A DNA stretch of 64,000 bases, the filler included, from Sanchytrium tribonematis (lineage: Eukaryota): the NCBI GenBank assembly GCA_018985235.1. It is 7 parts of 7 records of this genome, joined end to end, with 100 filler letters (N's around TTAATTAATTAA, not from the genome) between each part and the next. Parts side by side here need not be neighbours in the genome. Positions count along the whole stretch, not along the records: positions 37,657 to 46,953 come from JADGIG010000335.1; positions 47,054 to 56,324 come from JADGIG010000336.1; 5 more parts are not named here. One strand, written 5' to 3'. The notes under the pieces were generated by a model, which ran no database searches, was not told where the DNA came from, and saw only the letters and a program-made list of their open reading frames with translations. This document shows positions 41,972 to 52,743 of this stretch, piece by piece. The position numbers and the translations under genes are program-made. The stretch's first letter is position 1. The number at the start of each line of letters is the position of its first letter.

Positions 41972-43319
41972 ATGGATCCTTTCGAAGATTGGAAGCACCA
42001 GCGCATAAGGAATACCTATCGGGTACCTCAAAAATTTGAATCTTTCGTGGGAATGGGTTACCTGGTATGTTTGGATGCTTTCCTAGATACATTTACGACT
42101 TTACCAATTAGACTTTTTCAATCGCCCAAAAGGATTGACTATGCGCTTATTATTACTATTCTTATACTATCCTACTCTGTAAATATCGACATTGCATATT
42201 TGTACCATTTTGTTCGTGGACAAAGTGCCATTAAATTGTACGTAATATTTAACACATTAGAAATTGCCGATAAATTGTGCGCCAGCTTTGGTCTGGACAT
42301 CATTGATATAATTCTGTCTCAAAAGCTAAAGATTCAAAATAGAAAAGAGGTAACTTATTCCATAATATCTTTTTTTGGCGGTGTGCTTATTTTATGTGCT
42401 TACGGGGCGGCTCATACGATGGTGTTACTATTTCAATTAGTTGCTTTGAATGTAGCAGTAAATTCGCATAATAATGCACTGCTAACGTTATTAATATCAA
42501 ATCAATTCGCCGAGTTGAAAACGAGTGTATTTAAAAAGTTTGAAGCAGAAAACTTATTTCAGCTTGGATGCAGCGATGTTGTTGAACGATTGCAACTAAG
42601 TGTCTTTATCTTTTTAACATTTCTAAGGAATCTGACAGACTCTTCGGAGCCACAAGGACAAGACTTGTTGATTTTACCTGATTGGATATTGCCCCACTAC
42701 TTAATATTTGTTGTGGATCCTTTAATAGCGGTCCTTATAAGTGAATTTGTTGTTGACTGGCTTAAACATTCATTTATTACAAAATTTAATGGAATCAAAC
42801 CAGAAGTGTACCACTTATTTTCACAGGTCATTGCAAGAGATGTGCTAAAAAAATCTCATATTCCAGGTGCCACATCGAGACGACTGGGTTTTGTTATTAT
42901 ACCTACTACAGTTCTTGTATTTCGTGCTTATTTAGTTTGTCAAAAATATGCTCGATATTTTGCCTAGCTGGTTTCAGAATTCTGATTTAGATATATTCGT
43001 AAAGTCACCAGGTTTCGACAATTATAGCTATCTTTCATGCTTGATTGTGTTTTATATTTTACTGTGGATTGTTAGAGCTTTGACTAGGCATCAATTACTT
43101 CACAAATCAAAAAAATTAGCTAATCAAAAATCCATCAAAGTTGTGGAGACAATTGGTGGGCCCAGTGATTTTTTATACGCACCTGTGCACGCAATTCCTA
43201 AGCATGAAAACATTCCTAGAAAAGGCAAGTCTAATCAAGACGCTCACATGGAGAAACCGGAATTAAACTTAGAAAATATAGATCGATTTGCAATATGGAA
43301 GTCTAGGGTGCCTCTTTAA
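41972..43319 (+). CDS. TAPT1: TAPT1/Emp65 (DUF747) ER membrane protein, 2 exons (41972-42916, 42936-43319), 442 aa
   Basis: CLDAFL..FT.LP.R, YHFVRGQSAIKLYVIFN.LE..DKLC.SFG.D, SNQFAELK.SVFKKF, VDWLKHSFITKFN. Confidence 0.93.
42917..42935 (+). other. 19-nt spliceosomal intron (phase 0) GTATTTCGTGCTTATTTAG
   Basis: Removal joins TVL to FVKNMLDILP, in frame with ORF 42948-43319. Confidence 0.88.
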
Positions 43320-43328
43320 GTACAACTT

Positions 43329-44415
43329 TTAAATTGCACTCAATTTATTAAAATTCATAAAATACTCTTTCGTCTCTTTACAAATCGATTTCTCGCAATG
43401 AGGACACCTTAAAGATAATTGATTTGACACCCTTTGAGAACTTAGCTTAGATTTAACAAGATTTGAGAGCGCCTTTATAAATGTAGGGTGAACATTGAGA
43501 GCTTCTGTGCGCTGAACATCCACAAATCCCTTATCGTGCGCATCTTTGATGTATTCTTCATCTAATTCAAAAAGAGTTTCAATGTGATCGCTAGTAAAGG
43601 CAATTGGAACTATCAACAGCTTTTTATGTCCCTGTTTAATATAATTCTCAATTGCTTTATCAGTTGCGGGCGCAAGCCATTGCTTAGGTCCTACTTTAGA
43701 TTGCCATATTACTCCTACATTAATTAATTATACGCCATGGATTTTCAAAATTTTTCATTACTAAAGAAGAAGTAGTTGCAACCTCATTCGCATATGTGTC
43801 CCCTCTTAAAATCGAGGAAACTGGTAGAGAATGCGCTGAAAACAAGATTACAACATCCTTATGATCTTTTGGAGCATAATGTTTGGAAAGTGCTTTCTGT
43901 ATTAATTCTTGGAAGGATTGAACCAACAAAGGCTCGTCATACCATCTATCAATTACCGACCATTTGATTGTTTTTTCGGGGTCTACGCGTTTAAGTGTCT
44001 TATACAATTCATTCAAAGAACTTCCTGTGGTGGAGCAGCTGTATTGCGGATATTGACTAAATGCAATGGCTTCTGTAATTCCGTCTTTCTTCATATTTAA
44101 TATCATTTCTTCCGTATAAGGTGGAGCATATCTGAATCCAATATAGGATTTAATCGGAATATTATCTCGCAGTAGCTCCTGTTGCAATAAATCGCCCTGT
44201 TTAGTAGTCCAGTCAAAAATAGGGCTTCCGCCGCCAATTGCTTTGTATTGCTTTTCAATTTTGGGAGAACGTCGTCTTGCGATAAAAGGAGCCGAGAATT
44301 TTTGAAATGGCAGCTTTATGATATCCTCGTCAGAAAACAGATTGAATAAAAATTTATGTACATCTTTTAAAGTACGTGGACCACCCAGGTTGAGAAAACA
44401 TACTGCTTTTGTCAT
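43329..44415 (-). CDS. HEM15: Ferrochelatase, 2 exons (44415-43734, 43714-43329), 355 aa
   Basis: LNLGGP, QYKAIGGGSPI, QYPQYSCSTTGSS, LFSAHSLP, after the intron WQSKVGP, VPIAFTSDHIETLFELD, C-terminal RCPHC...C. Confidence 0.97.
43715..43733 (-). other. 19-nt spliceosomal intron (phase 1) GTATAATTAATTAATGTAG
   Basis: Contains the in-frame stop; removal restores NPW-R-VIWQSKVGPKQWL. Confidence 0.94.
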
Positions 44416-44545
44416 GCCCTCCTTGTGTATGGAAGTGGATATTCAAAAATCGGCAGGGTTTTCTCTTGTAATTGGCTGGTCTAAAGGGTTCCGTTTGGAC
44501 TAAATTTAGAGAACTATATTAAAGTCAGTCTTGCCCTTGAAATTA

Positions 44546-46522
44546 ATGGAAAGTCATACTAAAACAAAGAAAGAATCTACATTTGAGAAAGTCAAACATA
44601 AGCTAACTGGTAAAAAACCTGAGCCTGAACAAGAACAAGTAAACCCAAGAAGTATATCAATGCCTCTCGAAGCAGGTGGTGGACATGGTAACTTGGACTC
44701 TCATAAGCGCAATGTCACTAGTCATGAAGAACCAGTAAAACCTAGTAACAACAATAACGAATTTGGAAATATGGGTCCACATGTTCCCAGCAGCACCATT
44801 GAATCCAAGTCTGAAATTGCGGAGAAGAGTCCCTCTGCTCTTAATCAAGAAAAAACTCCTCAACCATCCGTACCTGATGCCGTAGCCAATCTTGGAAATA
44901 ATGAGACTACAACACCTCAACCATCTGGTGTTGGAGCAGCCACTAAAATCCAGCAAGACAAATTGGAAGAGCCATCTGGTCTTAAAAGTTCAGAAATCAA
45001 TACAGAATTGCCACCGATGTCTGAGAAGCGAGAACAAGCCTTGGACTTGGAAGAGGAAGAGTTTGGTTCGTATCAAAAAATTGATCATGAGAATCTCTTA
45101 GGCGAGTCTAAAAACACTGGAGACTCTCAATATATACCTCTTTCGAAATCCAAAACTGATGATACAGATTCTAATTTATTCGACAACGATACGGGAAATC
45201 AGACCTCTCCACTAGGCAAGTCTCATAATAGTGGAGTAGAGTCATTTCAATTCGGCACCGGAGAAACTGGTTTGGGAGACAATATGGGTCGAACACCTGA
45301 AGGTATACACCATGACGCTCACACAAGCTCCAACTCCTTAGAATCCACTGGGAAAGAAACAGAGTTTGTGTTGCATCCTGATTCACGACTTAACAACGAA
45401 GACAAGGATCCTAAACCTAGCGCCCAAGAGGAAAACAGTCATTCAATTAAATCAGAACCCATTCCAGGCTCTTTTCCAGAAAGTGGTAAAAGAGACTTTG
45501 GTGTAACCGACACTTCTAAAGCTAGTGGGTTTATTCCTTTAAAAGAATTTTCAAAAGATGATATCAGAGATGACAGAATTAGTCGAGAAAGTGGGTCAAA
45601 TAGATCTTTAAAATCATTTGAACTCGCAGATGATAAGAAACATGAAATTGCCGGACTACCAGCAGAGACTCCAGAAAAACATAAAATGGATGAAGTTGTT
45701 GACGAATTGGAACACACTGATCCTGAAAATGTAATACATCATAACAAATCTACTAGCAGTATATCAGGTCTACCCCAGGAAACTCCGGAAAAACATCAAA
45801 TGGATGAAGTTGTAGAAGAACTTCATCATACCAATTTAAATGATGTTATTCATCATGATGAGCAAACCCAGGGCCACGTTACAGGATTACCTAAAGAAAC
45901 TCATGAGAAGCATCAAATGGATGAAGTTGTTGACGAGATTGAGCATAATAATCCTAATGAAGTGATTCACCACAAAGAACAGGCATCAATTATGGGATTA
46001 CCTCAAGAAACCGAAGAGAAACATAAAATGGACAATGTTGTAGAAGAAATTCAGCATGTTGACCCAAAAGAAGTTTTGGAAGGTTCTCATCAACAATCAT
46101 CGGTCGAAAAACTTAACGAACCAACAAGCCAATCGGTTTCTAGTAGTCAAATTCCTAAGTCAGAATCTGAATCTCATATTAAATCTGTAAATGTGAGTGC
46201 TGGATCTTATTTTTCTGGCAAACATCAAGACTTGACTGACCAAGAACGTGAAATGCCTGGCTTAAATGTTGAAGAACAGAGACCTAGAAGATTAAGTGAA
46301 GATAAGTATGACGAACAACGTTTCGCGCCACATACTGGTTTAGAGAACCAAGGATCGCTTGATCATTCTAAAGCTATAGCTAGTGAAACTTTCTCATCCA
46401 TTGGTAAAGGAAGTAGTGAAACCGCACCATTACCTGCTCAATTGGAAAGTAATAAAGGTAAGCCAGGGTTGCCAGATGTCTCCAGAATCTCCATGGTTCC
46501 CCAACAAGAATCTCGCAAATGA
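44546..46522 (+). CDS. Hydrophilic, probably disordered acidic protein with four His/Glu-rich repeats
   Basis: S/E/K/D/H-rich 658-aa ORF with no Cys. Confidence 0.8.
   Translation: MESHTKTKKESTFEKVKHKLTGKKPEPEQEQVNPRSISMPLEAGGGHGNLDSHKRNVTSHEEPVKPSNNNNEFGNMGPHVPSSTIESKSEIAEKSPSALNQEKTPQPSVPDAVANLGNNETTTPQPSGVGAATKIQQDKLEEPSGLKSSEINTELPPMSEKREQALDLEEEEFGSYQKIDHENLLGESKNTGDSQYIPLSKSKTDDTDSNLFDNDTGNQTSPLGKSHNSGVESFQFGTGETGLGDNMGRTPEGIHHDAHTSSNSLESTGKETEFVLHPDSRLNNEDKDPKPSAQEENSHSIKSEPIPGSFPESGKRDFGVTDTSKASGFIPLKEFSKDDIRDDRISRESGSNRSLKSFELADDKKHEIAGLPAETPEKHKMDEVVDELEHTDPENVIHHNKSTSSISGLPQETPEKHQMDEVVEELHHTNLNDVIHHDEQTQGHVTGLPKETHEKHQMDEVVDEIEHNNPNEVIHHKEQASIMGLPQETEEKHKMDNVVEEIQHVDPKEVLEGSHQQSSVEKLNEPTSQSVSSSQIPKSESESHIKSVNVSAGSYFSGKHQDLTDQEREMPGLNVEEQRPRRLSEDKYDEQRFAPHTGLENQGSLDHSKAIASETFSSIGKGSSETAPLPAQLESNKGKPGLPDVSRISMVPQQESRK
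45653..46080 (+). repeat. Four coding repeats of 37-39 aa (GLPxETxEKHxMDxVVxExxH...V(I)HH)
   Basis: Units start at 45653, 45767, 45884 and 45995. Confidence 0.9.
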
Positions 46523-46535
46523 TATTAATAAAAGT

Positions 46536-46953
46536 TTATTTTTCAATTTTGTGAAAATTTTGATGAACGCTCTTCATAAAATTGGGTAGCTCTTTATTGC
46601 AAATGTCACAATAATATTGTTCCAAAGAAATTTGATCTTGAGGTTGTGTATTTAAAACAAACTTGAATGAGGCAGCCTGTGATTTGGTAAAATTTGTGGC
46701 AGCAATATTAATACTTACATAAATTTGGTCTTTAGGAATGGCTGAATTCAGAATATTAGTCACACATCTATTTAATTTTGCGCAAGGGTGTTTGTCAGTC
46801 ATCTTCACCGGCCAAGGAAAGGATTTGGACTTTCTCTTCCAAGTGTTCCTACCAAATAGCAGTCTTAAAGTTTTTGGCCACCTTTTATATACATTGTTTT
46901 CCATTTCCTGGTCTTGAATCAAATTAATTAAATGACTACAGAGTTTATCAATA
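46536..46953 (-). CDS. C-terminal fragment of a probable Y-family DNA polymerase with UBZ-type finger (5'-partial)
   Basis: WPKTLRL, INIAATNF and terminal YCDIC..ELP....VHQNFH; frame open to the linker. Confidence 0.6.
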
Positions 46954-47053
46954 NNNNNNNNNNNNNNNNNNNNNNNNNNNNNNNNNNNNNNNNNNNNTTA
47001 ATTAATTAANNNNNNNNNNNNNNNNNNNNNNNNNNNNNNNNNNNNNNNNNNNN
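46954..47053. other. Artificial contig linker
   Basis: 44 N + TTAATTAATTAA + 44 N. Confidence 0.99.
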
Positions 47054-47403
47054 GAAAAAATTATTGTTTGATTTATTAAAATAGGCTAAAAGTGAGATCA
47101 GTCAATAAAAATGGTATGGTATGGACACACTTAGTAGGCAGTAAGGTTTGTTATTTATGACATGCATTGATGGAATTTTTATGGATCATTATGACTTGAG
47201 GATCATTTTGACCTACATGGCAGATGGGTAGCTTATAAAAAGCATCTAGTGTAAAACATATTAGTCCTCATAAAAACTGATTTACTGCGTATCATGCTAA
47301 AAAATGGGATGTCAAATGCTAAGCTTTAAAAATACAAGCTTTCCTTGGACGTTTTCTGAGAAGCATGACATTCACATGATACTAACGTATGTGGCTTTGT
47401 ATG

Positions 47404-47411
47404 TATAAATA
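47404..47411 (+). promoter_or_regulatory. Putative TATA box (TATAAATA)
   Basis: Consensus TATA 21 nt before ATG 47433. Confidence 0.55.
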
Positions 47412-47432
47412 GCTGAGACTCACTACTTTGAC

Positions 47433-50400
47433 ATGTTCATAGCGCACTTAGCACTGGTGAGCGCGGTTCCAACTCAGAACTTATTCGTTCCAACAACGCT
47501 TATGGATGACGCTGATATCGGTACTGGACAAATCATATTCAGTCAAACACATGCTTACAAAGTGGCAGCTGGTAAAATCCAAGTGGACTTTAATAATAAT
47601 TGGGTAAATTGCATGGATGTACCTGCATCTGGACAATGGTCTGTACAAGACGTGGACGAAACGCATGTAGTAATCGTAAATTACAAAATATCTGACTCTG
47701 CTGATAAGACAATGCTCTTGGACAACAACTCGAAAAGAATGTTGTACGTTCATAGATATGTGAAAAGTGCGACTGGTTGTACATTGGACGTTGGTGATCC
47801 AGTCTATGGAGGTCCTGCTGAATATTTTTGCAGTGTAAATAGTGAGAATATAGTCCATGTCGGTGCTTATGGTGTCGAATTTCCAGATGTAGATGCAAAC
47901 ATTAAGAAAGTCGATATAATTGTTGATGGATCAAATGCGTATGTTTATGCGGATGAAGCTGGCAACTCGGGTAAGCAATTGAGATTGTTTATGATGTTAG
48001 AGTTATTAAATCCAACCTTTCATGGCACTTGTTACGCTCAATATGATGACAACATTGATAAAAAAGTGTTTTTAAGTACTGATGCTTATCAGTGGCGTTT
48101 ATATGACTCTACCAATCAGCGCATTCAAGTAATTAAGTGGTTTGGAGCATTTTGGGACAGATCTTGGCGAGGATTCGGTCTTCAAGCTTTGTCTAAAATA
48201 ACTACTGCAGATGATGTCGGTACCCAGTGTTCTTTCTCGTCTAGCATAGGCAATGTAAATTCGGTGTCTAGCAGTGTTCAAACAGATTGGATTTATGGGG
48301 CTGAGTCATTCTTTGCTACTGATTCTCAAGTACTTTGGGGTGAAGATCTTGGAACCACTGGTTCTTGCGAGGTTACATACAAAGCTACACAACTTGCAAA
48401 TGCAATTTACTTTAGCGGACAGCATGCTGTCACCTATGACCAAGTCAATAAGATTGTTAAAGTTTATTTTGTAGATGGCCCCTTTTCAAATAGTAATTTG
48501 AACTTTCAAGCCTATGTCACTTATGATAATGTTATTTATGCTGACATTTCTGGGTCTCGAAATTCTTTTTCATTGTTCGTTATGCAAAATAATGGGGCTC
48601 TAATCTCAGCTAAAGTACACAAATACGCTCCTATCAAGGCTGCTGATCCTGCTGCATACTGGGCTCAATTTTACCTTCCAAATCAGGATGATGTACAAGT
48701 GGTCAATGGTCAATATGAAATCACATCTTCAAATCCATGGTTGTATAACGTTGTCCCAAACGTTGCCTCAGTTGGTTTGACTTTGACCCCATCTTTGGAT
48801 TCTGGAAGCAACTTGAAGATAACAATAACATCTGGTTCATTCTCATACGTCTTCCAGGTAGGACAGGCGACTCCTTTGACCCAAATTCAGGAATATACAA
48901 ATCTTATGGCATTAAAAGCTGCTGACATTACCACGACATTGGTTCAAGGTGGTGCTCCAACTGTAGAATTTAAATTTAGCACCAAGGCGCAGTATGAATT
49001 GATTACTAAATTCTTCAACAAGCCTTATCAAGTTCAATTTCCAACCTGTCAAGTAACTGACTGTACACCAAGTGATTCTGGCACTAAGTTTATTTGTAAA
49101 TTGCCTCAAGATTACAGCTCTTCAGAATACAATGGTAATTTGACCATCAATATCGGATCAGGAGATATCAAGAAAAACATTTCTTTGACATTGAACAAAG
49201 GAGTGAAGCCTAAATATTTCTATTCCGTTGCTGACTGCTCTGCTGGTAAAACATGTGATGTCACAATCTATGGAGACAACATGGGTGTCTTCGATACTTC
49301 TGTATTTAGCACTGCTAATTTACCTGCAGCTGCTCAAGCTTTATTGGATACTGCTTCTGATCCATTTGCAGGTCTTAGCATTCCTGCAGATGTTTTTGAT
49401 GATTTTTCATTTTATGACCCTACAATGATGGGCACGGACCCTTCAATGTGTGATCCAATGATGGGATGTGGAACAGGCACTGGGTCCGGATCTGATATGG
49501 GTACTGGTATGGGCTCAGGCTCAGGCTATTCCATTAACCCTGTCACTGGACGTCAAATTAATCCATTCACTGGATATGACATCAATCCTTCAACTGGCAA
49601 TGACATCAACCCAACAACAGGAAGAGACATTGACTTCATGACAGGTCGTGATATTAACCCTTCAACTTTGCATGATATCAATCCAATCACTGGTAATGAT
49701 ATTAATCCATTGACTGGATACGATATTGACCCGATCACTGGTCAAGATATCATCCCAAGTGGTGGGAATCCTGATAATACTCCAAGTAATGTAACTGTTC
49801 CTATGAAAATGAAGTGGCAAAAAAGAAGTGTCCCTGAATCTAGAATTCAAAAAAGAGCAGTTACTTTTGACTGGAACTCTCTACCTGACCCTGAATGTCA
49901 CAGACCTAAGCGTTTGGTTTTCACTGCTTTAAATGGTACAACATATGATGCTATGAAAGATAAGAAAGAAATGGCTGCTAATGGACTTTCTTGGGATAAA
50001 ACAGTCATTAAAGTGACTGTTGATGCTGCATTTGTCAATATGCCAGTTTCTATTATAAATGGAGATGATACTGTGAAAGTACCAATTGGAAATCCTGTTA
50101 TCAATGTTAATATTATGGAAGATCAAAATCTTTCTCCAAATGCTTCATACTGGTATTATAATGTTACTCTTGATGGATGGACCGTTGACAGAAACTGCAA
50201 AAAGAACACGACTTACACAACTACAACTAAACTTGTAAATGGTAAAAATGTCACTAAAACATCTCCTACCACAGTTAATCCAAAGAACTGTATGACAGTT
50301 CAATGGTTGACTCAACCAATGTCTGGTGGATTTAAAGTTGCAAATCCAATGAAAAACAACACTGACTATAGATTTGCTGACGATCCAATCGTTTTACAAA

Positions 50401-52656
50401 TTGCAAAAGACTTTATGACTTTGGAACAACCTGCAACCATGAAATTCTCAATTATCTATGTATCTTATGATGAAAATAGAAAACTTGACAAGACTGATAC
50501 AATCGATGCAAATATTAACTTGAATGTCACAAACACATTTGATCCATTTAGATTGACCACCAGTGGATTTTTAAACACAACTGTTAAACACAGTGAATTG
50601 TACAGAAATGATACTGCATCTATCCAATTAACTCAATTTGCATATTTAGGAAATGCCCCAGCTGGTGTTGGAGAAATTGGTATTGATAACCCAGATTCTG
50701 GATTTGGTATTCAGCCTATTGTTAGTGTTAAAGTATTGCAAGGTCCACCTGTTGGATATTTGTTGTTCTCTGGTTCACTTCCAACTGGCCAAATTAATGG
50801 TACCTTGAAAGAAAACCAAACCATCACTACAAATGCTGGTAATGACACAATCCCAACTATTTTGACTTGGAATTACAATAACACTTATGAGAAAGTGTTG
50901 AAAGCTTCTGACTTTCCTTTAAGATATGTATTAAATGTTTCTTTGGCCATTACTAAAAGCCAAAAATTGACTGTTGGAAATTGGCAAAAAGTTATCATTC
51001 AAATGGACTTGAAATGTATTAACAAGAAGTTTGCAAATAACTGGGGTGGTACTTATGATGACGAGAATGGTGTTAAACATATGGACCTGTGCTTGCCATG
51101 TATTGCAAATGGAAGATGTTTTGCAGATCCTAAAGATATGCCTGTTGGTGCTGATGGAACTTATCCGTTCTTTTACGCTAACCAATCTTTTGCTTTTGTA
51201 ACTTGTACTCCAGTTGATGGATGTAATGGAACCCCACAATGTAATGATGGTTACCGTAATTTAAACTTATTTAGAAGGCGTAATGTGCAACAAATGTGTC
51301 ACCAAATCTGCTTTTGGAAACCCTGTTTATTATAGATCTCCTGATCAAAAATGTAACCAATGTGACGAGAAAGCTAAAGTTATTCTATTTGTCCTAGTTT
51401 TCGCTTTTGCAATCTTAATTGCTGCTCGTTTGATGATGTGGGTTGCAAAGAAAGGAAAGAATTTTGGATCCGTGCGTATTTTGATTGATTACTTCCAAAT
51501 CTTGTTTATTTTTGGATCTTTCAAATTACAATGGCCTGCAGCCACTGCTGCTCAGATGCAGTTCTTCTCATTTGCTATGTTTAATCCTGAAATGGCTAAA
51601 CCAGATTGTTTGGACCCAAGCTTTGGTTATTTAGAAAAATTCACAATGATGATGCTTACTCCAATTATCTTTATTGGTGTTTTGGCTTTGTCTTCTATTA
51701 TCATGACTCCCCCATTTAATGCTCCAATTTTATATGTGATTAATATCTTTAGAGGATGGAAAAACAAGGAATTGGTAACCATTCAAACTACATGGAACAT
51801 GGAAATTTACAAGAAAAATGCAAAACAAGCTATTACTGCTTCTAATTTGTTCTTACAATTCGCATTTGCCAGTTTAGTTGGTTGGTCTTTGGGATTCTTT
51901 AATTGCAACAAAATCAATGACAATTTTGTATCTGAAAAAGAACCTTCATTAGTTTGTGGAGGAGATACCCATGCAAAATTAGCTCCGTTGGCTACCTTTG
52001 GTATAATTGCATATATGGGAGGTATTCCTTTATGGTTATGCGGATTGTTTTACTTCCAAAGACAAAAGAGATTCAAAGGCGCTACAATGACCTATTTGAA
52101 AGAAGTTGCTGCCGGAATCTTGAAGAGTGAAAATTGTTCATTTAATTACGAGCATCATTGGTTTATCGTTATCCAAATGTTGACCAAAACTATTTTAATC
52201 TTTGCTCAAATGTACTTCAAGACATTCAACGTACTTCAAGGTTTGTTTGTCCAGATTGCATTGTTGTTGTACACTGGATTTTTGTTATACTTAAAACCAT
52301 ACAAGAGCAAGAATGACAATATTGTGGATATGGCTGCTCAAGTTTCTTCGATTGTGACACTTTGTGCTGGTATTTTGTTTTATAATGCAAAATCTGAAGG
52401 TGTTAGAGGTTTGGAAGCTTTAGGTGGTGTTGTAGTTGCTGTAGTTTGGTGCAGTATCATTGGTATTATAATCATCATTGGTTACGACATCAGAACTAAA
52501 CGAAGAGAAGCTGCTGAGGCTCGAGCTGCTGCAAAATCTGCTGGTGAAGATGGTGGTAAGAAGGGTGGCAAACTAAGTAAATTAAAGGATGCTGCTGCCA
52601 AAAAGATGAAAATTGAGAAGAGCAACAATGTTGAAGCCCAAAAAGACGGCTTTTAA
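47433..52656 (+). CDS. Giant surface protein: signal peptide, about 1300-aa ectodomain, Cys-rich neck, multi-pass TM domain; 2 exons (47433-51255, 51275-52656), 1734 aa
   Basis: MFIAHLALVSA; intron removal gives CNDGY-Q-GVMCNKC; about 8 TM segments with ILIDYFQIL..WP..PDC and LKPYKS..N..D motifs. Confidence 0.85.
49533..49760 (+). repeat. 24-bp coding tandem repeat, I[N/D]PxTGxD, 9 full units plus 1 partial
   Basis: INPVTGRQ INPFTGYD INPSTGND INPTTGRD IDFMTGRD INPSTLHD INPITGND INPLTGYD IDPITGQD IIPS. Confidence 0.92.
51256..51274 (+). other. 19-nt spliceosomal intron (phase 1) GTAATTTAAACTTATTTAG
   Basis: Removal fuses ORFs 47433-51335 and 51283-52656 and restores the C..GY.G..C..C pattern. 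Confidence 0.9.
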
Positions 52657-52743
52657 TTGCAGATGTAAATAAATGTAATATTAATGTGCAAATTAATTTT
52701 TCGCCAATTTTGAAACTTTGGAACAGAAACAATCTTTTAAAAA

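Noticed and set aside
47835..47853. 19-nt GTAAATAGTGAGAATATAG as an intron
   Set aside because: Inside a 1300-codon open frame; removal would frameshift; lacks Y11 and T12
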